A program made the translations under genes and the position numbers. The notes under the pieces were generated by a model. It saw nothing but the letters and a program-made list of their open reading frames with translations, had not been told where the DNA came from and searched no databases. Of a stretch of DNA of 47,642 nucleotides, positions 11,597 to 23,429 are shown piece after piece; positions within the stretch are counted from its first letter, which is position 1, and every line of letters begins with the position of its first letter. This stretch comes from Octopus bimaculoides (taxonomy: Eukaryota): assembly GCF_001194135.2 (NCBI RefSeq), contig NC_069004.1:7373424-7421065 (forward strand). Direction: 5' to 3'.

Positions 11597-11797
11597 TTAC
11601 TCCTGACCTTTGACCCTGCCTTAGTGGAGAGGGTCGCCATCCTTTTGTATGAAATAATGCAGGACAATCCAAATGTATCCCGACTCTATTTGACTGGAGT
11701 CTTCTACTTCATCATGATGTACACTGGGTCGAACGTCTTACCAGTTGCACGGTTCCTCAAGTACACCCATCTGAAGCAAGCTTTCCGCTCCGATGAG
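11597..11797 (+). CDS. DNAJC13: DNAJC13 exon ([11 protein letters not shown]...FRSDE)
   Basis: tttcag| ... gag|gtaagc; 67 codons. Confidence 0.96.
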
Positions 11798-12660
11798 GTA
11801 AGCTACTATGTTAGTGTGTGTGTGTGGGTAAGGGGGAAAATTAAAGGCTGGAGCCATGTTGTGAGGGTCGGAGAGAATGGGTGTGGAGCAAGGGAGATGA
11901 TTGTTGTGGGGAGGGTGACGCTAGCATGGTTGTGGGGGTTAAGTAGCTTGCTTTGCAGCCATGTGGTTTTAGGTTCAGTCCCACTGCATGATACCTTGGG
12001 CAAGTATCTTCTTTTATAGACGTTGATTGACAGAAACTGAAAGAAGCCTGTTTTGTGTGTGCGCATGTTTGTATATATATATATATATCATAGTGTGTAT
12101 ATATGGATGTATATATATATATATATATGTATGCAATGTATATATATATAATACAGATAAAACGTATGTATTTATATATAATATAGATAAAATGTATTTA
12201 TATATATAATGTAGATAAAACGTATGTATATATATAATGTAGATAAAATGTTTGTATATATGATATAGAGAAAATGTATATATATNNNNNNNNNNTCTTA
12301 TTAGGAACAAGAGGGTTAATAGGACTGCAAGGGAAGTGCTCAAGTTAATGAGACAAGTATAACAAACTTTGGTTGTAGAACAAACAACAAATTTAAGGTC
12401 ATCCAACTAATATATCGCATTTCGAACATTTAATCACATATAAAGAAACATAATGCTTTTTTCTTAACCAATTCCACTCGTGAGGCTTTAACCTGCTTGG
12501 GGCTACAGTAGAAGACACTTGCCCAAGTTGCTGTGAAGTGGGACTGAACCCAAGACCACATGCTTGGGAAGCAAGCTTCTTAACCAAACAGCCATATCTG
12601 CACTTGTAAAGAGTCAGCTATAATTTTGATGAATTGTGTGTGTATTTATTTGTATTTCAG

Positions 12661-12815
12661 AACAAAACCTCTGACATTATGCAACGCAGTGTCATGGGAC
12701 ACCTCCTACCTGAAGCCATGGTTTGTTACCTGGAAAATTACTCTGCCGACAGATTTGCAGAAATATTTCTTGGAGAGTTCGATACTCCTGAAGCAATATG
12801 GAGCAATGAAATGAG
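12661..12815 (+). CDS. DNAJC13: DNAJC13 exon ([10 protein letters not shown]...EAIWSNEMR)
   Basis: tttcag| ... ag|gtgaga; phase 0-2; IWN-type motif. Confidence 0.96.
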
Positions 12816-12880
12816 GTGAGATGGTATATATATTTGTCTTGTTTTCATTTTTTTTTTTTTGTTTTGGTTTTTCTATTACT

Positions 12881-13235
12881 CTTTTACTTGTTTCAGTCAT
12901 TTGACTGTGGCCATGCTGGAGCACTGCCTTTAGTCGAGCAAATCGACCCCAGGACTTATTCTTTGTAAGCCTAGTACTTATTCTATCGGTCGCTTTTGCT
13001 GAACCACTAAGTTACGGGGACATAAACACCACCATCGGTTGTCAAGCGATGTTGGGGGACAAACACAGACACGCAAACATATACATACACATACATATAT
13101 ACGATGGGCTTCTTTCAGTTTCCGTCTACCAAATCCACTCACAAGGCTCTGGTCGGCCCGAGGCTATGGTAGAAGACACTTGCCCAAAGTGCCACGCAGT
13201 GGGACTGAACCCGGAGCGATGTGGTTCGTAAGGAA
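12881..13235 (-). mobile_element. SINE family A, full length
   Basis: Reverse complement match to 20689-21056. Confidence 0.85.
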
Positions 13236-13500
13236 AAAATTAATACAAAGTATATAATTTTTTTCCCAGTTATGTTCGTACTGATGTGTGGAGAACATGG
13301 TAATACATGGTGACCACAAAACCATTAATGGTAGTAGGCGTGTGTGTATACTTATTGGAGATGTTTGACTTTAGAGTCCCATTAAAGCATGTGGCTTTCC
13401 GGATAGTAATAGCCCTTGATATTATATATATATATATATATATGTATAGCTGAAGGATTAACATTAATCAAAGGACATACTATCAGATAATGCCTTATAT

Positions 13501-13765
13501 TTAATCCTTTAGCATCAAACCAGCCATATCCAGCCTAAATATTCACCCAGTTTTATGTTAAGACTGGCATAGGATAGGTTTGAGAAGCCAGATCTGGCCA
13601 GATCTGGCTTCTCAAACCTATCCTATAAATGTCTTTCTGAAACTAAATAACCACACCATTGAAATCTCAAAGCTGCATGATAAGCCATGGTTAATTTGAA
13701 GCAATGTGAATAAATAATCTTTGCATTTGACAGTAATGAGAATAATCTCAACGCGAAATGGTTAA
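13501..13765. mobile_element. piggyBac-like MITE containing a perfect 58-nt palindrome
   Basis: Ends ttaatcctttagca / gcgaaatggttaa (degenerate TIR within TTAA); palindrome at 13569-13626. Confidence 0.65.
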
Positions 13766-13841
13766 GCTCCTGTACCAATTAATGTTATTTCGTAATTGTT
13801 TATTTAAAATTAACCTGATTTCTGCTCCTTCTATTTTTCAG

Positions 13842-14043
13842 ACGGATGATGATAGAGAAAATTGCTTCCCACCTCGCTGACTTCAGCCCTCGATTGCAGA
13901 GTAACACTCGTGCCCTTTATCAATACTGTCCTATCCCAGTGATCAGCTACCCACAGCTGGAAAACGAACTTTTCTGTAACATATACTACCTTAAACATCT
14001 GTGTGATACAATGAACTTCCCAGATTGGCCAATCAAAGACCCG
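13842..14043 (+). CDS. DNAJC13: DNAJC13 exon ([10 protein letters not shown]...WPIKDP)
   Basis: tttcag| ... ccg|gtaatc; phase 2-0. Confidence 0.96.
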
Positions 14044-14700
14044 GTAATCTCCTTTTATTTGTTTCATTAATCATCACCATCGTCATTGTTTAATGTCTGT
14101 TTTCCATGCTGGCATGGGTCGGACAATCTGACAGGAGCCGGAGAGCTGTCCAAGCTCCATTTGTCTGTTTTGACATGGTTTCTATGGCTGGATGCCCTTC
14201 CTAATGCTAACCACTTTATCGAGTGTCCTGGATGCATTTTACATGACACCAACCAACACAAGTGCATCTAACATGGTACCAACACCAGCGCATCGAATGT
14301 GACACAGATACAAGTGCATCTTATGTGGCACTAGCACAAGTGCATCTTATGTGGAACTGGCACCTGCAGGTTTGACTCAGCATGAGTAAGCGACTCAACT
14401 TTGAGTTGAGGTTAACCTGGGTCAGTCAAGATACCTAACTTACATTGATTGAGTGTGAGTAATGACTCTGGTTTGAGTATCGGGTCTACCATGATACTTG
14501 AGTGTCGGTAATGAGTCGGGTGAAGTGGTGAGCCAGAGGTAAGTTTTAACTCAAACCCGAGTCACACTCACTGAGTGTGAGTAATGACTGAAATTACAAG
14601 TCTGTTGAACGTGGGACTGAAATTTGCAGGTCTGTTGAACGTGGGTAGCGTGTAAAATTTGATCTCATGATGGCCCAATGTCTGCCTTTCTCTGTTGTAG

Positions 14701-14816
14701 GTACGTCTGCTGAAGGATATTTTGGAAGCGTGGAAGAAGGAGGTGGAGAAGAAACCCCCTAGCATGTCCATAGAGGAAGCTTACCAAGTTTTAAACCTGA
14801 ATAAAGTCCCTGCGGG
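14701..14816 (+). CDS. DNAJC13: DNAJC13 exon ([18 protein letters not shown]...LNLNKVPAG), J-domain start
   Basis: ttgtag| ... gg|gtcagt; phase 0-2. Confidence 0.93.
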
Positions 14817-14973
14817 GTCAGTATTTGCAGCAGTGACTCTTCACCTACACAGTATTTGCTTTCTCTCTTTCTCTCTCTCTGTCTCTCTCTCTCTCTCTCT
14901 CTTGCACACACACATACACACATACTTGTTCCTTTCTTTCTTTTTGGACACATTTTTCATTTCTCTCTCTCTG

Positions 14974-15025
<52 letters not shown>

Positions 15026-15589
15026 TCTCTCACCTTCTCACACCTCTGTTACTCTCTTTTCTTCCTTCCCCTCCCCTCTTTCTATCTCTCTCACACTTTC
15101 TTTCTCGCTTTCTCTCTCTCTCTCTNNNNNNNNNNNNNNNNNNNNNNNNNNNNNNNNNTTTTCTCTATCACTTTTTCCCTCTCTCCTTCACACTTTTGTT
15201 TTTTCCCTCTCTCCCTCACACACACACATATACTCCCTCCCCCTCCTTGCACATATACACACTTTCTGTCATAATCTCTTTCTGTCTCTCTTCCCCCCCC
15301 CTTTCTCTATTGCTTTTTTTCCTCTCTTCATTAAACTTTATTTTTCCCCCCCTCTCTCTCTCTCTCACACACACACACTCCCCTTCCTCTCTCTTTCCCT
15401 CCCACTCTCTCACTCATGCTCAAATTCTTTCACTCATTGTCTTCATTCTTTCATTCATTCCCTCATTCCCTCATTCCCTCATTCCCTCCATTTTATTCTG
15501 TCCAGTCCAGCCATTCCATCATTCTCTCCATTTAGTTCTGCCATTCTGTTATTCAGTCATTCTCTCATTCCTTCCCTCCATTTCTCTAG

Positions 15590-15668
15590 ACACGAAGAAT
15601 CTAAAGTAAGAAAGGCCTACTTCCGACTGGCCCAGAAATACCATCCTGATAAGAACCCCGATGGCAGG
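15590..15668 (+). CDS. DNAJC13: DNAJC13 exon ([26 protein letters not shown]), J-domain HPD motif
   Basis: ctctag| ... agg|gtaagc; HPD tripeptide. Confidence 0.96.
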
Positions 15669-15899
15669 GTAAGCCACCTTTTGTTGTTTCAAACCCTAAC
15701 CCCAACCTTCATCTAGTAGACCTAGGGTCAAAGACAGTCTAACCGTGTCTAACCACCCTGTCCTTTTTTTTTGTTTTGTTATGTACAGAATGGCTAATGT
15801 TATTAGCGGAAACTGAAAATTAACAAAATATATCTTCCAATTAATGTATTAATGTAAGGGAGAAATTTAGGCAAGATTTTTCTCCCTTACAAAGATCTC

Positions 15900-16200
15900 A
15901 TCCTCATCATTTAACATCTGCTTTCCATGCTGATATGAGCTGGACAGTTTGACTGGAACTGGTAAACTGGAAGAGCTGCAAGTTCCAGCCTGATTTGGCA
16001 TGGTTTCTACAGCTGGATGCCCTTCCTTACACTAACCACTCCAGGTGTGTTGTGGCTGATTTTCATGTGCCAGTTACGAAACACCGGCATCAGCTACGAC
16101 TATAATCTCACTTGGCTTTACACATCTTCTCAAGCGTGGTATATTTCCAAAGGTCTCGGTCACTTGTCATTGCCTCTGTGAGGCCCAAAGTTCGAAGGGT
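15900..16200 (-). mobile_element. RTE-clade LINE 3' end including the ORF2 terminus
   Basis: 16197->16108 reads LRTLGLTEAMTSDRDLWKYTTLEKMCKAK* (RTE-like DR..W motif), followed by 3'UTR and (GAT)n tail. Confidence 0.8.
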
Positions 16201-16225
16201 TCTTTTGTATGTGCTTGAAGTAATA

Positions 16226-16450
16226 AGCTGGCAGAATCATTAGTGTATCTGACAAAATACTTAGTCACATTTCCTCTAACTTTACATCCCGAGTTCAAAT
16301 CCCACAGAGGTTGATTTTTGCCTTTCATCCTTTCAGGGTTTATGAAATAAAGTAGCAGTCGAGCACTGGGGGTCAATGTAATTGATTAAACCCCCTCCCT
16401 TCAAAATTGCTGGCCTTGTGTCAAAATCTGAAACCATTATTGTTGTTGTT
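16226..16450 (+). mobile_element. SINE family C, full length; tail runs into the 16462 acceptor
   Basis: agctggcagaatc...gagttcaaatccc...gcctttcatcctttcaggg...ttgtgtcaaaatctgaaaccattatt. Confidence 0.8.
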
Positions 16451-16462
16451 GTTTTGTTGTAG

Positions 16463-16598
16463 GAAATGTTTGAAACGGTCAACAAGGCTTATGAGTTTCT
16501 CTGTAGTAAAAAGAAGAAAGCTGTCCAAGGCCCTGATCCGGAGAACATCGTCCTCATTCTCAAGGCTCAGTCTATTCTGTTCAACAGACACAAGAGTG
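16463..16598 (+). CDS. DNAJC13: DNAJC13 exon ([13 protein letters not shown]...NRHKS)
   Basis: ttgtag| ... g|gtaagc; phase 0-1. Confidence 0.96.
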
Positions 16599-16891
16599 GT
16601 AAGCAACAACTGTTGATGACCTTTGTCCTCCTACATTGTTCTCACACTGATTCCTTGGTTATTTGTTTTATTTGGTGTTTTTGTGCATGGTGTGTGTGTG
16701 ATCATAGCCTTTTTTATAGCGTGCTTTCACTTCACTTCCGAGCTCAGCTCTGTGTGCCTTGGGTATATGGGTTATTATTATTCTTTATTGTTATTATTAT
16801 TATTATTATTATGATTATTCAGTATTTGATGCATAAATATGCAAGCCAACTTTATCAAACTATGTGATATGCTTGTCTGGTCTGTTTGCAG

Positions 16892-17076
16892 TGCTAGAAC
16901 CATATAAATATGCTGGTTATCCAATGCTGATAAAAACTATAAAGATGGAAACCCAAGACGAGACCTTGTTCTCCAAATCTGCACCACTTTTGGCTGCTGC
17001 CAGTGAGACAGCTTATTACACAGTCAACTGCTCAGCTTTGAATGCGGAGGAACTTCGACGGGAAAACGGTATAGAG
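16892..17076 (+). CDS. DNAJC13: DNAJC13 exon ([13 protein letters not shown]...RENGIE)
   Basis: ttgcag| ... gag|gtgagc; phase 1-0. Confidence 0.96.
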
Positions 17077-17799
17077 GTGAGCGGAGAGTTTTGTTTTGTC
17101 ACGTTCAGTATTGTTGTTGTTGTTGTTGTTTTAGCCACAAGTCGGTACTAGTTAAAGGAGACCTACGATGTGACCATCAAGTGTTACATCCTAATATGGT
17201 ATGTTCTAGGGGCTTACCTTATCCAGTTTGAATTTCTGTTTTAACTCTGGGTGATTATATAGATGATGATAATGATGATGAAGTAATGTTTATCATCGCT
17301 TCAACATGGCTGTTCCATAGGAACTGGCATCACTACCATTTTAACCTCAGGAGGATGCCTCCTCCACATTCCTTTTTCTTTCTCTCTTTTCCTTTCTCTT
17401 TTCTTTTTCTTTTTTCCTTTCTCTTTTCTTTTTCTTTCTTTTCCCTTTTCTTTCTCTTTTTCTTTCTATTCCTTTTCTCCCCCCCCTCTCCCCACCTCTC
17501 TCTTACCAACCTGGTCTATGAGTCTGTGATTCCAAGCAGATACCAAAACTAGTCTTGACGATGTTGCACCAATGCTGTATCAGTCATGACCAAGGATGTG
17601 TCTACCCTGCACCGTGGACCTGAACGGAACACCCATGTTCCTTGATGCAGTCTGCACCCAATATATATTGCAAGCAGGGGAGTGAACCTCTACCATATTC
17701 AAACAATGGGACCTTTAGACCATATGGTTTCGAGCTATTTGTGTTCACCCACAGTGGTGGATACTTGTCTGCTAGAGATAGCAGTAGTTCGCTCCAGCT

Positions 17800-18280
17800 A
17801 GCAGTGCTTGAGAAGACTTGTTAAGCCAAGTGAAATCATAATTGTGGCTGTTGTTGGTAGCATGATCTTCGAATGTCGGGCCTCACGGAGGCAAGGGATG
17901 AGGTGGCGAAGCATGACCTTTGAATTTTGGGCCTCACGGGGGCAGTGACAAGTGACTGAGACCTTGACGATATGCTGTGTTTGAGAAGACTCATCAATCC
18001 AGGGGAAACTGTAGTCGTGGCTGTTGCCAGTGTTGTGTAAATGGCACCTGTGAGATCGTAGTCCTGGCCGTTGCTGGTGTAATGCAAATGACAACTGTGC
18101 CGGTGGCACGTAAAAGGTACCCAACACACTCTGCAAAGTGGTTGGCATTAGGAAGGGCATCCAGCTGTAGAAACCTTGTGAAGTCAGACCAGAACCTGGT
18201 GCATCTCTCTTTACCAGTTCCACTCAAACCATCTAACCCATACCAACATAGAAAGCGGACGTTAAATAACAATGATGATG
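17800..18280 (+). mobile_element. RTE-clade LINE 3' end, degenerate
   Basis: RDEVAKHDL*ILGLTGAVTSD*DL remnant, then ggaagggcatcc domain and gttaaataacaatgatgatg tail. Confidence 0.78.
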
Positions 18281-18503
18281 AAGTGACAACTAGTCACTGG
18301 TCTTGCCACAAGCAAATTAGCCAGTTAGAAAATCTCCATAAGATATTAAATCAGTAATTATACTGAGAAGTAATGTTAATGACAATGATGATGATGATGG
18401 TTGCATGGAAATTATTAAAGTTTGTTACAAAAACAAACTTTGCTGTTTGAAATATTTAGCAAAACTTCATTAAAACTTGTAATATTTTTTTCTTATCTTG
18501 CAG

Positions 18504-18578
18504 GCATTACAAGACGCTTTCACTCGTTGTGTTGATGTGTTGAGTCTCTCCACCACACCTGCTGATGTTGCAGCTCAG
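18504..18578 (+). CDS. DNAJC13: DNAJC13 exon (ALQDAFTRCV...DVAAQ)
   Basis: ttgcag| ... cag|gtacgt; 25 codons. Confidence 0.94.
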
Positions 18579-18715
18579 GTACGTACTGTTACAAATAGAG
18601 AATACGATGATGATTGTAATTGTTAAATTCGGAAATATCTTCAAAACAAACAAACCACTAATTAACCATGTTTTTTGGGGGTTTTTTTTCTCCCTACTGT
18701 TCTTCTTTAACCCAG

Positions 18716-18832
18716 GTCTGCATGCATGTTACCCAGTGTTACTCAGTGGCTTCGCAATTTGAAGGATGTCGTGAGAAGATACAAGAAATGGCATCTATTA
18801 TCCGGGACCTTACAAAGATACTTTTCTACAAG
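18716..18832 (+). CDS. DNAJC13: DNAJC13 exon ([16 protein letters not shown]...ILFYK)
   Basis: cccag| ... aag|gtaaga; 39 codons. Confidence 0.95.
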
Positions 18833-19119
18833 GTAAGACACGGGAGTATATCTGTTCTTTTACTGTTCCTTCTTGCTGGTTTCAGTCGGCAGAAGAAGGG
18901 TGGCCATGATGTTGCACCACCTCCAAGGGTTTTTGGTCACTTTCATCAGCACCACCACCCCTCCTCCATCTCTTTATTTGGGTCTTTTATTTTGGTCATC
19001 GATGGATGGATGAATGGATGGACACAGTCAACTTTAGTGGAATTCACTGTCTGTGTTTGCTGATATCAATTCCTAGGGGTATCTGAAATATTATATCACA
19101 CTATAAGATTTTCGAACGA

Positions 19120-19402
19120 GATCATTGCCAGTGCCCCTGGACTGGCTCTTGTGCGGGTGGCACATAAAATACACCATTTTGAGCGTGGCCGTTGCCAGTA
19201 CCGCCTGATTGGCCTTCGTGCGGGTGACACGTAAAAGCACCCACTACACTCTCTGAGTGGTTGGCGTTAGGAAGGGCATCCAACTGTAGAAACTCTGCCA
19301 AATCAGATTGGAGCCTGGTGTAGCCATCTGGTTTCACCAGTCCTCAGTCAAATCGTCCAACCCATGCTAGCATGGAAAGCGGACGTTAAACGATGATGAT
19401 GA
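19120..19402 (+). mobile_element. RTE-type LINE 3'UTR fragment, young
   Basis: Internal ~62-nt tandem unit plus (GAT)n tail; near-identical to 20121-20375. Confidence 0.85.
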
Positions 19403-19577
19403 CTATGGATGATTAAATTACAACAGTTATTATAGTCCATCGTTTGTATTATAGTGCATTGTTGTGTCACTCAAAATATTTTATCCTTTACAAACAATAC
19501 ACAATGCTTCAAGTGAACTACAATACTCTCCTCATTTCTTAAATAAATCAATTGACTTCTCTCTCTCTCTCTCTCAG

Positions 19578-19928
19578 AATTTACAGAAGCTGTGTTCTGA
19601 AGTTGCCGCCTGCATTAGTGCATTCTGCATTGACTACTGGTTGCAGACACATCTTTACCAGGCAGGTGTGATTTGGCCACTGCTACTGTACATGTTCCAG
19701 TATGACTACACTTTGGAAGAGAGCGGCGTGGAGAAGAACAAGAACTCCAATCAACAGGAAGAGTCGAACCAGTTGGCATGTCTGTGTGTGGTAGCATGTG
19801 CTCGGTTAGCGGGTTACAATAGTACCGCAGACGGCTCGTGTCCCGACAACCCGGCTGTTAAGAAGTCCTTGTGTGCCATGCTGACTCCATATCTGTCCAG
19901 GAAGTTGGCCAATGAAAATCCGTTTGAA
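19578..19928 (+). CDS. DNAJC13: DNAJC13 exon (NLQKLCSEV...YDYTLEESG...NENPFE)
   Basis: ctcag| ... gaa|gtaagt; 117 codons, phase 0-0. Confidence 0.95.
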
Positions 19929-20120
19929 GTAAGTAAAATAATTGCAAAGATGCAATTTTTGGATGTTGCTCTGTAATGTTGATCAAAGATGTTACCATTC
20001 TGTCTTCTATGAGATTATCTTGTACTATACTATCTTAAGACTGAGGATATTTTGAGGGCGATTGAAGCTGGTGATCCTGTGTCTGTCTCACCCTTTTGCA
20101 GTGTGTGTGTGTGTGTGTGG

Positions 20121-20375
20121 CTCCTGTGCAGGTGGCACGTAAAATACACCATTTCGAGTGTGGCCGTTGCCAGTACTGCCTGACTGGCCCTCATGCCCGT
20201 GGCACGTAAAAGCACCCACTACACTCTCGGAGTGGTTGGCGTTAAGAAGGGCATCCAGCTGTAGAAACTCTGCCAAATCAGATTGGAGCCTGGTGTAGCC
20301 ATCTGGTTTCACCAGTCCTCAGTCAAATCGTCCAACCCATGCTAGCATGGAAAGCGGACGTTAAACGATGATGAT
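20121..20375 (+). mobile_element. RTE-type LINE 3'UTR fragment, young
   Basis: Near-identical to 19150-19402. Confidence 0.85.
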
Positions 20376-20532
20376 ATGTGTGTATGTACATGTGTGTCTA
20401 TGTCTGTGTAAATATGTGTGTATGTATATGTATTTATGTGTGTATATGTGTACATGCACACACAGACATGTGCACACATACAGATATGTGACTGCTGTTA
20501 TAGTTAATATTTTTCTGTGTTCTCTTTGTCAG

Positions 20533-20637
20533 CTTCTAAAGTTGTTGAACAGTAATACAGAGAACCCTTACCTAATATGGAATAATTCCACACGGACACA
20601 ACTCACAGAGTATTTGACTGATCAGCAACTGAAGAAG
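20533..20637 (+). CDS. DNAJC13: DNAJC13 exon (LLKLLNSNTENPYLIWNNSTR...QQLKK)
   Basis: gtcag| ... aag|gtaagt; IWN motif. Confidence 0.95.
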
Positions 20638-20688
20638 GTAAGTAGACATGTGTATGTATGTGTTTGTATATATATATATATAATATAT

Positions 20689-21056
20689 GGCGCAGAAGTG
20701 GCTGTGTGGTAAGTAGCTTGCTTACCAACCACATAGTTCCGGGTTCATTCCCACTGCATGGCATCTTCTACTATAGCCTCGGGCCGACCAAAGCCTTGTG
20801 AGTGGGTTTGGTAGACGGAAACTGAAAGAAGCCTGTCGTATATATGTGTATATGTTTGTGTGTCTGTGTTTGTCCCCCAACGTCGCTTGACAACCGATGC
20901 TGGTGTGTTTACGTCCCCGTAACTTAGCGGTTCGGCAAAAGAGCCCGATAGAATAAGTACAGGCTTCCAAAGAATAAATCCTGGGGTCGATTTGCACGAC
21001 TAAAGGCGGTGCTCCAGCATGGTCGCAGTCAAATGACTGAAACAAGTAAAAGAGTA
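20689..21056 (+). mobile_element. SINE family A, full length
   Basis: gtggctgtgtggtaagtagcttgc...gactgaaacaagtaaaagag. Confidence 0.87.
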
Positions 21057-21622
21057 ATATATGTATGTATGTGTGTCAATTTGTATATGTATGTATATAT
21101 ATATATATATATATATATGTTTTCCGTTGTCTTGATATCATGATGGTTGTAAATGAGCACCACTGTAATAAGCAGTGTTGTTTGTTTCCTGTTCTTCAAT
21201 GGGGAAATATTACCTTGCTTAGAAACACGTGACGGTTAGCAACAGGGAGGATGTCTCATACAGGAGGTTGATAGCTTCCACTAGCCTCCTGCCCTCAAAA
21301 CAGCTGGTCCTTGTGTCTGAAAGTGACACTGGGGTAAAATATATGAAGCCCAGTATACCCATCATGACTACCCGTCTGATAAGGATACACCAGGCACATG
21401 CATCACAACCACATGTGCGCGACATTGTGATCTCATATCAAGATAAACAGCGCATGACCTTGCAGAAAGAAAATGACATTTTTATAAAAAATATGCTGGT
21501 TTCAAGTTTTATAAGACAATTTAGTCACACTGAGAGAAAAGGGGAAATAAATTGAAATACTTATGGAGATGTACTTGCATAGCAAGTGGCCTGATCTGAG
21601 ATCGTGTGCTGAAACAAAAATT

Positions 21623-21909
21623 ATTGCACTGTGGAAGGTGTTTATAAGCCATTTAAAAACACACAAAAACCTTTAGATTCACTTCAACATTTAAATTTAA
21701 TTTGTCAAAATACTTTGTCACTTTGAAACCACGACCTGTTCACTGACAAAATTCTGTGCTGTATCTAAGAAAGTAGCAGTTTTGTCAGTGAACAGGTCCC
21801 GGTTTCAAAGTGACAAAAATATTTCAACAAATTCAATTTAAATGTTAAACTGAATCTAACAGATTTTGTGCATTTTTAAATGGCTTATAAACACCTTCCA
21901 TGCTGGAAT
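21623..21909. mobile_element. Foldback MITE, ~125-130-nt arms with a short loop
   Basis: tggaaggtgtttataagccatttaaaaa... mirrored by ...tttttaaatggcttataaacaccttcca; inner gacctgttcactgacaaaa / ttttgtcagtgaacaggtc. Confidence 0.88.
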
Positions 21910-22184
21910 TGAAATAAGTTATTTTCTACTCTAGACACAAGGCCCGAAATTTTGGGGGAGGGGGTCAGTCGATTAAATCGACCCGAGTATGCAACCGGTA
22001 CTTAATTTATCAACCCCGAAAGGATGAACGGCAAAGTCGACCTCGGTGCCTAAATTGTCTTAAGTAAACTGTTGAAACCAGCATATTTTGATAGAATTCT
22101 CTTTCTTTTGTTCATGGTTAAATTCTCAAAGCATTTCTTGTTCTTTTTTTTTTTAAATTTACTCATGTGGAACTTCTTAATCTT

Positions 22185-22220
<36 letters not shown>

Positions 22221-22581
22221 TGAGATAAAGAGAAGGTTCTGCAGTAATATATAAGGAGACTGTTCTTTGTTATATAAATGTAATTCCATGAGATATTTTG
22301 TCATTTTTGTTTGTTTTTGTTTGCTATGTCTGTTACTAATGTTCTTGGGCAGTTTAGTTTTGATGCTCATCCTCCCAAGAACGACAGAATTAATTACTAA
22401 TTAATTACAAGAGTTAACTGAATTAATTGATAATCCTTGTTTGTGTTTGTTCATCTTCCGTTCACCCGACTTCTGTCTATATATCCTTCCTATGTTGACC
22501 ATCTATGTCACAGAGTTGTGGTCTCTGTAGCTGACCAACTGAAATTGTGGGCATCTAATGCACTTATCTGCTGACCTTATA

Positions 22582-22793
22582 TATGGAGGAGTGCTGAAAA
22601 GTTCCTGGCTTTGGGTAAAAGAAAATGCAAGAGGATCAGTTAATTATGATTCTATCCAACATACACCCTCTCTCAGTTTCACACATTTATTGCAGTGGTC
22701 TTTCAGTTTTTCTAAGCCCTGTAAAAGAACTTGGAAGGTTGGGCCTCCAGACTGGCTTTTTGTGATATCCAGGAACTTTTCAGCTCCCTCTTA
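22582..22793. mobile_element. Tc1/mariner-type MITE
   Basis: TIR gag..gctgaaaagttcctgg / ccaggaacttttcagctccctc, flanked by TA dinucleotides. Confidence 0.8.
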
Positions 22794-23429
22794 TATGTTT
22801 TGTTCTAAGTGTGACCTTGATGAACCAATGAAATTCATCCAAGTCAACTGAGGTACATTCCACAAATCCAGTTGGTTCCCATGAGCTTGTTGGAACCTCC
22901 TTGGAGGGTTGGTGAGGCTTTTACGTGCTCATCTCTCCTCTCTCTTATTGGCTACTCTCACACAATCCCAGTGTACATCTGAGATGCTATTCCAGTCACC
23001 CACATGCACCAACAAGTGGGACATTCTTAAGACCACCTTATACATATCCCATGTGGCAAATAAAGAGGATCATTATTGATACAAGTGCTAGGTCAGTGCA
23101 TTAGCAGAATCAGTAGAGCACCAACATAAAATACCTTGTGGTATTTTAATGTGATTTCCTTACGATCTGAATCTTAATTTCACCAGATTATCTGGTCCCT
23201 CACCACCCACATTATTATTTCTGGTGTAGGGGTACCAGGAATCTTGAGGTGTACATTAAATTTACCACATCCTGTCATATGCTTCTCCAAAATACCAGTT
23301 ATCTACTTGGGGTTGAGTATGGTAAATTCTTAATTCACCGCATCGTTCTGTCCGACGCTGGTATGTAATTTTGTGATCGCATTAGAAAATTATGGCACTG
23401 TGAGGTCTCCATACATTCTTTGCTTCCAT

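Noticed and set aside
14370-14538. Cryptic exon ending at a strong gag|gtaagt donor
   Set aside because: Poor pyrimidine tract at the putative acceptor, and 169 nt is not frame-preserving
14722-15716. Long 286-295 aa ORFs
   Set aside because: Real exons fused by read-through to (CT)n/(CA)n intron sequence and Ns
20689-20770. tRNA-like sequences (also 24884, 10798, 16226, 36160)
   Set aside because: They have A/B boxes but no complete cloverleaf, and they continue into SINE bodies, so they are SINE heads rather than tRNA genes
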